Assembly: GCA_964453955.1 (NCBI GenBank)
Contig: CAYVPZ010000001.1
Span: 1-44,704, forward strand
Source of the DNA: an uncultured Solibacteraceae bacterium
GTDB lineage: Bacteria; Acidobacteriota; Terriglobia; Bryobacterales; Bryobacteraceae
DNA length: 44,704 nt
Direction: 5' to 3'
Shown: positions 1-8,122 of the stretch, one piece after another
Position numbering within the stretch: the first letter of the stretch is position 1
Layout of the letters: each line of letters opens with the position of its first letter
Translations under genes and position numbers: made by a program
Notes under the pieces: model-generated
Database searches by the model: none
The model's input: only the letters and a program-made list of their open reading frames with translations
What the model was told of the DNA's origin: nothing

Positions 1-552
1 CGCGTACTGCCACCAGGTCCACGGGTTGAAGATCAGGTCCAACCAACTGCTGAGGACGATTTCACCTTTCGGGCCCAGCGTGTAGCCCACCGGGTGCTGC
101 ATCCAGCCATCGGTGGCGATGATGAAGAAGCCGGAGAGCCAGGCCCCGATGCAGGTCATCAGCGTGGCGAACCAGTGCAGCCGGGGGCCCAGCCGCTTTT
201 CGCCGAACAGCACCAGGCCGAGGAACGTCGATTCGAGGAAGAACGAGAAGACGCCCTCCATGGCCAGCGTCTGTCCGATGACGCCGCCCGCGGCCCGCGA
301 AAAGGCCGCCCAGTTGGTGCCGAACTGAAATTCCATGGGGATGCCGGTGGCCACGCCCATGGCAAAATTGATGCCGAGGATCTTCGCCCAGAAGCGGACG
401 GCCTCGTCGTAGACGGGTTTGCCGGTTCGGATGGCCAGTGTTTTCAGGATGACCAGGAGCAGCGCGAGCCCCATGGTTAATTGCGGGAAAAGGTAGTGAT
501 AGGTAACGGTAAAGGCGAAATGAAGGCGATGAATTGCCAGCGCCGAGTCCAT
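1..552 (-). CDS. cydA: cytochrome bd-type quinol oxidase subunit I, N-terminal 184 codons (gene continues past the left edge)
   Basis: Own translation of the minus strand from ATG at 552-550: MDSALAIHRLHFAFTVTYHYLFPQLTMGLALLLVILK...GIPMEFQFGTNWAAFSR...FFLESTFLGLVLFGEKRL. This matches the conserved CydA N-terminus, including EFQFGTNW. It is absent from the ORF track because it has no stop in the window. The listed ORF 62..556(-) is a different, Arg/Pro-rich frame. AGGAGA lies 6 nt upstream of the ATG. Confidence 0.8.
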   Translation of the reverse strand, partial: MDSALAIHRLHFAFTVTYHYLFPQLTMGLALLLVILKTLAIRTGKPVYDEAVRFWAKILGINFAMGVATGIPMEFQFGTNWAAFSRAAGGVIGQTLAMEGVFSFFLESTFLGLVLFGEKRLGPRLHWFATLMTCIGAWLSGFFIIATDGWMQHPVGYTLGPKGEIVLSSWLDLIFNPWTWWQYA

Positions 553-563
553 ACAAGTCTCCT

Positions 564-579
564 CACCGGACGTCCGGTG
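564..579. promoter_or_regulatory. perfect 16-bp palindrome CACCGGACGTCCGGTG in the cydA leader / divergent intergenic region
   Basis: Read directly: 564-579 equals its own reverse complement. On the minus strand it abuts AGGAGACTTGT-ATG of cydA. It could be an operator or an RNA hairpin next to the RBS. Function is not established. Confidence 0.3.
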
Positions 580-705
580 TCGCTCAGGAGCATCATACGC
601 GATTTGCGGGGTGGGCGCAGCCCGCGCGGCCCTCCCGTTGGATTGGAACAGAATTCTTCCAGGCCTTCCCTATCCCTTCGCGAGGATTAGCCCGATATAC
701 TGTTA

Positions 706-1482
706 GTGGATCAGCATCAGAAGAACCGTTCCACCGGGACGCGAGCGGCGCATTACACAATGGAACCGGATGGACCAGATCCGCAGACCATTGAGCTGCG
801 CGCGATTATCGCGCTCTTAATGAGCACGTTGTCGTCGGACTCGCTCACCTCGAGCGGGGGCAAAGCCGAGATCGAAGCGTTCCGAGCGCGGATCGAGACT
901 CCCAACGGAGACCTTTACCGGACCAGGTCGCACCTGGCCATTTGGCTTACCCGGTGGCGCAAGGAAATCGAACAGCGCCTGGAAAGCGCGGCAAAGGGCG
1001 AGCAGGCACGGTCAGGGGAAGCCCGCTCGGTCGCGGATCCTTGCACCGGCCTCCTGAACCGTTTCGCGGCCGAAGCCGCGATCGCGAGAGCCGCTGAGGA
1101 AGGCCGCCAGGTCTACGCGGCGGTGTTCATCCTTCATCAGCTCCCGGCTATCAACAAGCGATTCGGGTACTCCGTCGGCGACCACTTGCTCCTGTTGCAG
1201 GCCCAGCATCTGGCTCGGCTGCTTGCTCCGGAAGACCAGCTGTTCCGTTGGATCGGGCCATCGTTCCTCGTTCTGCTGGAGCGGCCCGGCGCCATCGACG
1301 CGGTGCTCGCGGAGGTGGCCAGAATCGGATCCAATCATTTCCAGACCGACGTCGACCTGGAATCGCGCTCGGTGCTCATCCCGGTGTCGGCCCAATGGCG
1401 CGTGGTCGCCAGTACCGAGTACACCTCGGCAGCCGATTTCACCAGCGCTCTTCGAGCGCTCATCACAGCAGCCTGGTCCTGA
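706..1482 (+). CDS. degenerate GGDEF-domain protein (probably not an active diguanylate cyclase)
   Basis: ORF track 706..1482 (GTG start; in-frame ATG at 760). The C-terminal ~150 aa reads as a GGDEF fold: DPCTGLLNR...INKRFGYSVGDHLL...RWIGPSFLVLL. The GG(D/E)EF signature is IGPSF, and PEDQ sits where an RxxD I-site would be. Confidence 0.7.
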   Translation: MDQHQKNRSTGTRAAHYTMEPDGPDPQTIELRAIIALLMSTLSSDSLTSSGGKAEIEAFRARIETPNGDLYRTRSHLAIWLTRWRKEIEQRLESAAKGEQARSGEARSVADPCTGLLNRFAAEAAIARAAEEGRQVYAAVFILHQLPAINKRFGYSVGDHLLLLQAQHLARLLAPEDQLFRWIGPSFLVLLERPGAIDAVLAEVARIGSNHFQTDVDLESRSVLIPVSAQWRVVASTEYTSAADFTSALRALITAAWS

Positions 1483-1677
1483 CCGCGGCGTAGCCGCAAT
1501 CGCAGCAATCACTTACGGCGGCAGCCTGAATCCTGTCCGATAGGTAGACGAACGTAATGCAAATGTGATACCGTACCCTCTGGTTGCGATGGTGTCCCCA
1601 GGCAGCAGCGGCCTGATGGTGGAGCGTGACGGAGGACGAGAATCCGTCCGCAGTGACGGCACGATCCCATCATAGCC

Positions 1678-2226
1678 ATGGCGTTTACGAGCAACAGTCC
1701 CGATAGAGCCGCGATTCCCAGCGTCGCCGGGGGCGTCAAACTCTGGTACGCCATCCGTGTGCGCTCGCGCTTTGAATTGGCCACGTCTAATCTCCTGCAC
1801 GATAAGGGATTCGAGGAGTTTCTCCCGCTCTACCGTAGCCAGCGGCGCTGGTCCGATCGCGTCAAGGAGCTCGACACGCCGCTCTTCCCCGGCTATGTCT
1901 TCTGCCGGTTCGACGCCAGTTCGCCCCTGCAGGTGCTCACCACGCCGGGAGTCGTACATATTATCAGCGCCGGCAGAATCCCCGTCCCAGTGGACGAGCG
2001 GGAGATCTCGGCTCTCCAGAACGTGTGCCGTTCCGGCCTGCCCGTGCAGCCTTGGCCTTACCTCGAGGTGGGACGACGAGTATCGATCGAACGGGGGCCG
2101 CTGGCGGGCGCCGAGGGCGTGGTGGTGGAGATCAAGGGCCGGTACCGGCTGGTGGCCTCCATTTCCATCCTGCATCGCTCGGTTGCGGCCGAAATCGACC
2201 GCGACTGGATTCGTCCGCTGGTCTGA
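1678..2226 (+). CDS. specialised NusG-family transcription antiterminator (RfaH/UpxY/LoaP-like paralog)
   Basis: 182 aa. NGN-like WYAIRVRSRFE...PLFPGYVFCRFD and KOW-like GRRVSIERGPLAGAEGVVVEIKG. Its position at the head of a polysaccharide locus is typical of this class. Confidence 0.85.
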   Translation: MAFTSNSPDRAAIPSVAGGVKLWYAIRVRSRFELATSNLLHDKGFEEFLPLYRSQRRWSDRVKELDTPLFPGYVFCRFDASSPLQVLTTPGVVHIISAGRIPVPVDEREISALQNVCRSGLPVQPWPYLEVGRRVSIERGPLAGAEGVVVEIKGRYRLVASISILHRSVAAEIDRDWIRPLV

Positions 2227-2253
2227 CTGGGGCCATCGGACCGGAATCCAACG

Positions 2254-3330
2254 CTACCGCGACGCAGGATCGTTACGATCGATTTTCCGGGTGAGCACGG
2301 CCTTACCGGCACCCAACCCCAGGCGCGTGCCGAAGCGGTTGACTCGCCAGTTCACCTGCAGGGACTCGGCGGTGAGCATCCTCAGGTCCACCATGCCGTG
2401 GCTTCCATCGTCGGAGCGCCACTCGAAGGAACCAGCCCCGCCGGCGGTCCCCTCGAAGCGGAACGCCACCTCCGCGGAAATGGGACGGTCGAGCACCTGG
2501 TACCGGGCCGCATACTCACCCCGCACCACGCCGTCTTCCTCGCGAATGCGCAACTGAATGTACTCGGGCGCATATAGTCTGGTTGGCCCGGATTCGCGAG
2601 GATCGGGCGCGTAAAGCCACAACCCAGGCAGAGCGGCGCGAGTTGAAGCCGTGGTGGATGGCACCTCCTGCCGGGTGAGGACCGTCGCCGCCGGGGCCGG
2701 TGCTTCGGCCAATGATCCTACCACCGGGGGCTCGCGGACGGGCTGCGGAGAAGGCGCGGCAGGCTGGGGCGGCCGCATCACGGGCGCGGGCACTGAGGCA
2801 TGCGGCGGCTTTCCCGATCGCGCTGCCTTTCGGGAAAGCCCGGCCACCGGGCCATTCGCCCAAACGGCCGGCGCAGCCAAATGCGCGGCAGTGTGGGCCG
2901 CACGCACGGGCTGCCGCGGGATGGACGGCGCCCGGTTCTCCGATGGGGTCGCCGCACGATTTCCAGGCGTCTCAAGATAAAGCAGGTCTCCGCCCAGGAA
3001 CCATACCGCCGCTCCGGTAAGCAGCAGAGCCGCGGACACGGTCAGTAGAAGCGTGCCTACCGGACCACCGAAACGCCGTTTGCCTGAGTCCCGCCGTTCG
3101 TACGGCCGTGGGAAGACCCTCAGGCTGGCATCGTACTCGCGGCGAAGGTCCGGATCGAGCAGGCTGCCGACGATCGCGTTGACGCGGCGCATCTGGAGCT
3201 CGGCCGCTTCACGCGCCGCCGGGTCCGTCTGACGGTCGGGATGCAGCACTTTGGAGAGTGTCCGGTGCGCCCGCCGGATGTCCTCGTCCGCCGAATCCGG
3301 CGCGAGGCCCAGCTCCTCATAGTAGTTCAT
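2254..3330 (-). CDS. membrane-anchored J-domain (DnaJ-like) protein with an unassigned C-terminal domain
   Basis: N-terminal J domain MNYYEELGL...LHPDRQ (HPD motif). One hydrophobic span LLLTVSAALLLTGAAVWFLGG. A Pro/Ala-rich linker. A ~120-aa beta-looking C-terminal domain (LWLYAPDP...FEWRSDDGSHGMVDL...) that I cannot assign to a family. Confidence 0.8.
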   Translation of the reverse strand: MNYYEELGLAPDSADEDIRRAHRTLSKVLHPDRQTDPAAREAAELQMRRVNAIVGSLLDPDLRREYDASLRVFPRPYERRDSGKRRFGGPVGTLLLTVSAALLLTGAAVWFLGGDLLYLETPGNRAATPSENRAPSIPRQPVRAAHTAAHLAAPAVWANGPVAGLSRKAARSGKPPHASVPAPVMRPPQPAAPSPQPVREPPVVGSLAEAPAPAATVLTRQEVPSTTASTRAALPGLWLYAPDPRESGPTRLYAPEYIQLRIREEDGVVRGEYAARYQVLDRPISAEVAFRFEGTAGGAGSFEWRSDDGSHGMVDLRMLTAESLQVNWRVNRFGTRLGLGAGKAVLTRKIDRNDPASR

Positions 3331-3688
3331 CCGGCTCTACTGCCAACCTTCAGGAGAATCGTCAACACAAAGAGAGAAAACTCTCTCATAATTAGCGCTC
3401 CTTTGCACAGCAACCGCGCCGGCAAATGAGCGGCGGACGACATCCACAGGAAATTAGCGAGATATTGGACGAGAATTCTATTGCCGCACTCCTACTCCAA
3501 TCGTGAAACAGGGAGGCGCGGCTGGCCTTCGCAGGCTGGTCGAGCACCAGACGGGCTCATGCCGCGCATCCTGCCGCTCTCGACGCACGGGTGAAATACC
3601 AGAGCTGTGCCGGATTCAGACGGATCGGCGCCCTGGGACTCGAAGGGCGGAGCTTGTCCGGATTCACGACGCACAGCAGGGCACTACC

Positions 3689-3979
3689 ATGATCGGCCGT
3701 AAGAACAGAATGGTTAGTTTTCGCCTCTCCTCCGTGGAGTACGAGCTGTACCGGGGCGCGTGTGTGGCCGCGGGTGTTCGGAGTCTCTCGGAACTGGCCC
3801 GCGCGGCCTTGCAGCAGGTGGTGGATGAGGGGAACGGTAAGGTGCCGGTGGAGGACCAGTTGCGAGACCTGCGCGAGAACGTGCAGGGTCTTTCCACTGC
3901 CATCCGGCGCCTCGCACAGAAATTGGATGGAGAGGACGCTGCAACGGGATTGGAGCGGGCGTTCGGGAGTACCGTATGA
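3689..3979 (+). CDS. ribbon-helix-helix (CopG/Arc/MetJ-like) small DNA-binding protein, first gene of the EPS operon
   Basis: In-frame ATG at 3689 inside ORF 3503..3979. The upstream part of that ORF is Arg-rich and looks non-coding. MVSFRLSSVEYELYRGACVAAGVRSLSELARAALQQVV fits a beta-strand/helix/helix RHH pattern. Its stop overlaps the next start (ATGA, 3976-3979). Confidence 0.6.
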   Translation: MIGRKNRMVSFRLSSVEYELYRGACVAAGVRSLSELARAALQQVVDEGNGKVPVEDQLRDLRENVQGLSTAIRRLAQKLDGEDAATGLERAFGSTV

Positions 3980-4971
3980 AGCAATCTCCGTGTTTCCTGC
4001 TGGCAATCGCGCTTGCCAGCCTCGCGTTTGGCCAGCAACAGGCGCCGCAATACGCGGCGCACGTGGGCGTGGGCGCCACGGCGTTCAACGACACCTATAA
4101 CCTTCCGCTCGAGCGGGTCGGTCTCGACGACCTGCTGGGCGTTTCGGTCTACGATTCGCCGGAACTCACGCGCACGGTGCGGGTGGGTTACGACGGCGCG
4201 ATCCGGCTGCCGATGGTGAAGCAACGGATCGCGGCCGCGGGTTTGTATCCGGCGGATGTGGAGACCGCAATTGCGGCGGAGCTGATGAAGGAACGAGTGA
4301 TGGTGGATCCGATCGTGACGGTATCCGTAGTGGAGTACCGCAGCCGTCCGATCGGCGTGGTCGGCGCCGTGAAGGCGCCCCTCACCTTTCAGGCCACCGG
4401 AACGGTGACTCTGCTCGACGCGATCGCGCGCGCGGGAGGGCTGGCGGAAGATGCGGGTTTGGAAATCCTGGTGAGCACGTCGCAACCCGGGCCGGAAGAC
4501 GAGGAGAGAAACGCGGCGAGGCTGGTGCAGCGCGTGCCCATCAAGGCCCTGCTTTCGGCGACGGATCTGTCGCTCAATCTCATCCTTCACGGCGGCGAGG
4601 AGATCCGTGTCCCCCAGGCCGGGCGGATCTTCGTGGTGGGCAACGTCAAGAAGCCCGGCGCTTTTCCGCTCACCGACGGGGCCGAGAGCAGCGTGTTGAA
4701 GGCGCTGGCGCTCTCGGAAGGTCTGGAACCCTACGCCGCGAATACGGCATACATCTATCGCACCGAAGGCGCCACCGGCGGGAAGAACGAAATCCCCATC
4801 GAGCTGAAGAAGATGATCGAACGCAAGGCGCCGGATGTGCCCCTGATGGCGAACGACATTGTCTACATTCCGGACAACTCCGGCCGCCGCAATACCCTCA
4901 GCGCCCTGAAGGTGTCGCTTCTGGTGGGCACGGGCCTCGGCGGGGCCCTCATTTACACTCTGCTCCGCTAA
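3976..4971 (+). CDS. outer-membrane polysaccharide export protein (Wza/EpsE family)
   Basis: Signal peptide MKQSPCFLLAIALASLAFGQQ. Poly_export-like LGVSVYDSPELTRTVRVGYDGAIRLPMV...YPADVETAIA. SLBB-like repeats (GAVKAPLTFQATGTVTLLDAIARAGG; VVGNVKKPGAFPL). C-terminal hydrophobic helix LLVGTGLGGALIYTLL. Confidence 0.9.
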   Translation: MKQSPCFLLAIALASLAFGQQQAPQYAAHVGVGATAFNDTYNLPLERVGLDDLLGVSVYDSPELTRTVRVGYDGAIRLPMVKQRIAAAGLYPADVETAIAAELMKERVMVDPIVTVSVVEYRSRPIGVVGAVKAPLTFQATGTVTLLDAIARAGGLAEDAGLEILVSTSQPGPEDEERNAARLVQRVPIKALLSATDLSLNLILHGGEEIRVPQAGRIFVVGNVKKPGAFPLTDGAESSVLKALALSEGLEPYAANTAYIYRTEGATGGKNEIPIELKKMIERKAPDVPLMANDIVYIPDNSGRRNTLSALKVSLLVGTGLGGALIYTLLR

Positions 4972-5023
4972 CCGGACGCGGCGAATTCCAAGCCGTTTCA
5001 GCAGACAACAGCAACAGGAATTT

Positions 5024-7309
5024 ATGCCCGAGACATTCACATTGCCCGCAGTAATCCCCACGGCGCCGGCGACCGGCGTGCCGGTCCCCGGCTACTCCAT
5101 TCCCACGCCGCCGCAGGAGGACTTCACGGCAAAAGCGCCGGCGGTTCCGCTCTCGCATTATTTATGGATTCTTCGCAGGCACGCCTGGAAGATCGCGGTC
5201 TTTATTTGCACGTGCGTACTGGCCACCTTCGTCATCTCTTCGCGGCTGCAGCCGATTTACGAATCCACGGCCACCATCGACATCGACCGCCAGGCGCCCG
5301 CGGAGGTGATTGGCGAGGATTCCAAGGTCTCCGCCCCGAACGACGCGGACCAGTTTCTGGCCACCCAGGTGAAGGTGATCCAATCCGACGCGGTGCTTCG
5401 GCCGGTGGCCGAAAAGTACGACCTTCTGCGCAAGGAGAACCAGCTCGATAACGCCAATCCCGACCGGGTCCAGCGCGCCAGGCGCGCGCCGGTGGTGCTG
5501 AAGCGGCTGAAGGTAACGCGTACGACCAACACGTATCTGCTTCTGATCGGCTACCGCTCGCCCGATCCGGAACTGGCCGCGGATGTGGCCAACGCGATTG
5601 CCAATTCGTACCTGGAGCACACCTACAATCTGCGCATCCGCTCCTCCGCCAGCCTCTCCACGTTCATGGAAGGCCAGTTGGACGAGTTGAAGGCCAAGAT
5701 GGAGCGGTCGAGCCAGGCGCTGGCGCAGTTTGAGCGGGAGCTGAACGTCATCAATCCGGACGAAAAGACGAACATCCTCTCGGCCCGGCTGTTGCAATTG
5801 AACACGGAATACACCAGCGCGCAGGCCGACCGGGTGGCGCGGGAAGCGGCATACAACTCCATGACCTCCGGCTCGCTGGAGGCCGTCCAGGTGTCCGCCC
5901 AAAGCCAGTCTTTGGCCCTGCTGGGCCAGAGATTGAACGAAGCGCAGGAGCATTTCGCTCAGGTGAAGACCACGTTCGGGGACACCCATCCGGAATACCG
6001 CAAGGCCGCGTCGCAAGTGGCCGAATTGCAGAGGCAGTTTGACGACTCGCGGAAGAACATCGCGGACCGCATCGGCGTGGAATACCGTCAGGCCCTGAAC
6101 CGCGAGCAAATGCTGCAGAAGGCGGTGCTCGAAACCAAGGCGGAATCCGACAGCCTCAACGCCCGGTCGTTCCAATACCAGCAATTGAAGCGGGAAGCGG
6201 ACGCCGACAAGACGTTGTACGACGAGCTGATACGGAAGATCCGGGAAGCGGGGATCAACGCCGGGTTCCAGAACAACAATATTCGCATCTCCGACGTGGG
6301 CCGCCCGGCATTGAAGCAGGTGTTCCCGAACATGAAGCTGAATCTGCTGCTGGCGTTCCTGTTTTCGGCGATGCTGGCCGTGGGGGCAGCGGTGCTGGGC
6401 GACTCGATGGATACGACGCTGCGCGACCCGGAGATGGCCAGCCGCTATCTGGCCACGGACGTAATCGGCATTCTGCCGGCGGTCCGCAACAGCGTGCAAT
6501 TGAGCGCCATCGGCCCACCCGAGAGTGAGACCACCGCGCTGACGGCGCCGGTCCTGAACGGCGCCCGGAAGCACAAGGCTTCCGCAAACGGGAACGGGGA
6601 CTACCGCAACCAGGGCAAAGGCTATTACCGCACTATTTCCGGCTTCGAGGAAGCTGTCCGCACGCTGCGCAACACGATTCTGCTGGGCGATTTCGAACAG
6701 CGCCTGCGGTCCATGCTTATCACCAGCGCCGGCCCGGGCGAAGGGAAGACCACGGCGGCGGTTCATCTGGCCATTTCCCATGCGAGCCAGGGAAAGAAGA
6801 CGCTGCTCGTGGATGGCGATCTCCGCCGGCCAAGCGTCCATCACAAGTTCGGCCTCCCTTCCGATACCGGGTTCACCAACGTGCTTACCGGCGAGGCGCC
6901 ATGGCGCGACGTAGTGATACCGGTGCCGGGGAGGCCGGGTTTGTTCATCATTCCGGCGGGTCCGCCCTCGCATCGGGCGGCGGATCTGGTTGGTCCCCGC
7001 ATTGGAGACCTGTTAGACGAGTTCGCGAAGGAGTACGACCTGGTGATTCTGGATGCCCCGCCGCTGCTCGGCTTTGCCGAACCGCTGCAGATGGCCACCG
7101 CCGCCGACGGCGTTCTGGTGATCAGCCGGGCGGGGGAGACCAGGCGCAAGGCCGTGAGCGGGGTGCTGGCCGCCCTGTCCCGCATTCGCGCCAACGTGAT
7201 TGGGGTCGTGCTGAATCACGTGAAGCGGGATACCAGCGATGGGTATGGCTACGGTTATTACGGGTATCACTACCGCGGCGGCTACTACCAGCGTGAGAGC
7301 GAAGGATGA
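5024..7309 (+). CDS. polysaccharide co-polymerase / BY-type tyrosine autokinase (Wzc/EpsG/GumC-like, fused)
   Basis: N-terminal Wzz-like region with a TM span and long coiled coil. Second TM LNLLLAFLFSAMLAVGAAVLG. Kinase domain with Walker A SAGPGEGKT, A' LLVDGDLRRP, B DLVILDAPP. C-terminal Tyr cluster SDGYGYGYYGYHYRGGYYQ. Confidence 0.92.
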   Translation: MPETFTLPAVIPTAPATGVPVPGYSIPTPPQEDFTAKAPAVPLSHYLWILRRHAWKIAVFICTCVLATFVISSRLQPIYESTATIDIDRQAPAEVIGEDSKVSAPNDADQFLATQVKVIQSDAVLRPVAEKYDLLRKENQLDNANPDRVQRARRAPVVLKRLKVTRTTNTYLLLIGYRSPDPELAADVANAIANSYLEHTYNLRIRSSASLSTFMEGQLDELKAKMERSSQALAQFERELNVINPDEKTNILSARLLQLNTEYTSAQADRVAREAAYNSMTSGSLEAVQVSAQSQSLALLGQRLNEAQEHFAQVKTTFGDTHPEYRKAASQVAELQRQFDDSRKNIADRIGVEYRQALNREQMLQKAVLETKAESDSLNARSFQYQQLKREADADKTLYDELIRKIREAGINAGFQNNNIRISDVGRPALKQVFPNMKLNLLLAFLFSAMLAVGAAVLGDSMDTTLRDPEMASRYLATDVIGILPAVRNSVQLSAIGPPESETTALTAPVLNGARKHKASANGNGDYRNQGKGYYRTISGFEEAVRTLRNTILLGDFEQRLRSMLITSAGPGEGKTTAAVHLAISHASQGKKTLLVDGDLRRPSVHHKFGLPSDTGFTNVLTGEAPWRDVVIPVPGRPGLFIIPAGPPSHRAADLVGPRIGDLLDEFAKEYDLVILDAPPLLGFAEPLQMATAADGVLVISRAGETRRKAVSGVLAALSRIRANVIGVVLNHVKRDTSDGYGYGYYGYHYRGGYYQRESEG

Positions 7310-8058
7310 CCGGCTTGCAATCGAACGTTGAGTGGAAGCAGTGGGGCAAAGACGATCCCTTGTACGGCGTGGCGTCCTGGAGCAACAAGCAAAAGGGCGC
7401 GGAGTCGGAATGGACGGATGAGGGTTTCTACGCCCTCGGAGAATCCGACTGGCGGGATTTTGTACGGCACTGGCAGCAATACGGCGTCAACAGAGAGAGC
7501 TGCCTGGAAGTCGGGTGCGGCGCCGGACGGATCACCCGGCAGTTGGCCCTTTTCTTCGACCGTGTGTACGCTGTAGACGTATCCACGGCCATGATCGCCT
7601 ACGCGCGCGAACGAATCGGCGCAGGCAATGTCGAATACTCCGTCGTCGACGGCTTCAGCCTGCCTCAAAAGGATCGCTCCGTGAAGGCTGTTTTCTCAAC
7701 GCATGTTCTCCAGCATCTTGACAGTGTCGACATTGGGCTGTCCTACTTTAGAGAGTTCTTTCGAGTTCTTGACTCCGGCGGGACGTTGATGGTGCACCTG
7801 CCCCTCTACCAATGGCCGCGCGACACGGGTAGAGCCGCGCTTCTCCTGAGTGGCATCGATTATTCTGCGCGCAGGATCGCCGACCTGAAGGCGTTCGTCC
7901 GGAGAAGACAAGGCATCAAGACCATGAGGTACACCCCGTACCCCCTCTCGCTCGTGCATTCTCAGTTACGGGACACGGGTTTTCGCAATGTAGAGTTCCG
8001 GACTTTCGCGACAACCAGCAACGGCGATCTTCATTCCTTTGTCTTCTCTTCCAGGTAG
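7306..8058 (+). CDS. class I SAM-dependent methyltransferase
   Basis: Motif I LEVGCGAGRITRQLA, then VYAVDVS...VFSTHVLQHL. ATG overlaps the Wzc stop (ATGA). Visibly lower GC than its neighbours. Confidence 0.8.
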   Translation: MTGLQSNVEWKQWGKDDPLYGVASWSNKQKGAESEWTDEGFYALGESDWRDFVRHWQQYGVNRESCLEVGCGAGRITRQLALFFDRVYAVDVSTAMIAYARERIGAGNVEYSVVDGFSLPQKDRSVKAVFSTHVLQHLDSVDIGLSYFREFFRVLDSGGTLMVHLPLYQWPRDTGRAALLLSGIDYSARRIADLKAFVRRRQGIKTMRYTPYPLSLVHSQLRDTGFRNVEFRTFATTSNGDLHSFVFSSR

Positions 8059-8122
8059 CGCCGGCCGCTCTCCGCGGCCACCGTACATTCGCGCCGCGGC
8101 GGTGGCCGCGAGGGCCCACGCC

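Noticed and set aside
62-556. ORF 62..556(-) and the + strand ORFs 94..480 and 113..328 at the left edge.
   Set aside because: A different minus-strand frame (1..552) translates into an unmistakable CydA N-terminus. The listed ORFs are frame artefacts of it.
1517-1528. ops-like sequence GGCGGCAGCCTG (10/12 match to the RfaH ops GGCGGTAGnnTG) upstream of the NusG paralog. A second near-match, GGCGGAGCTTG, lies at 3646-3656 in the EPS leader.
   Set aside because: GGCGG-type strings are frequent in this GC-rich DNA. The first hit changes the T that is critical for RfaH recognition and lies upstream of the paralog gene rather than in the target leader. The second needs a 1-nt deletion. Nothing shows that this lineage uses an ops-like element.
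3610-3666. Exact 9-nt direct repeat CCGGATTCA (3610-3618 and 3658-3666) just upstream of the RHH gene, considered as an RHH operator.
   Set aside because: A 9-mer repeat within a ~360-nt region has a chance expectation of roughly 0.2, so it is not significant on its own. It would need conservation or binding data.
5162-6973. 603-aa ORF antisense to the Wzc gene. Similar long antisense or out-of-frame ORFs occur at 3664..5061, 8213..9430, 10366..11205, 11015..11984, 15312..16466, 21544..23364, 30273..32123, 33788..35233 and 38086..39390.
   Set aside because: High-GC DNA lacks stop codons in antisense frames. These translations are Arg/Gly/Pro/His/Ala-rich with no family motifs. Each fully overlaps a gene that has strong, recognisable signatures on the other strand.
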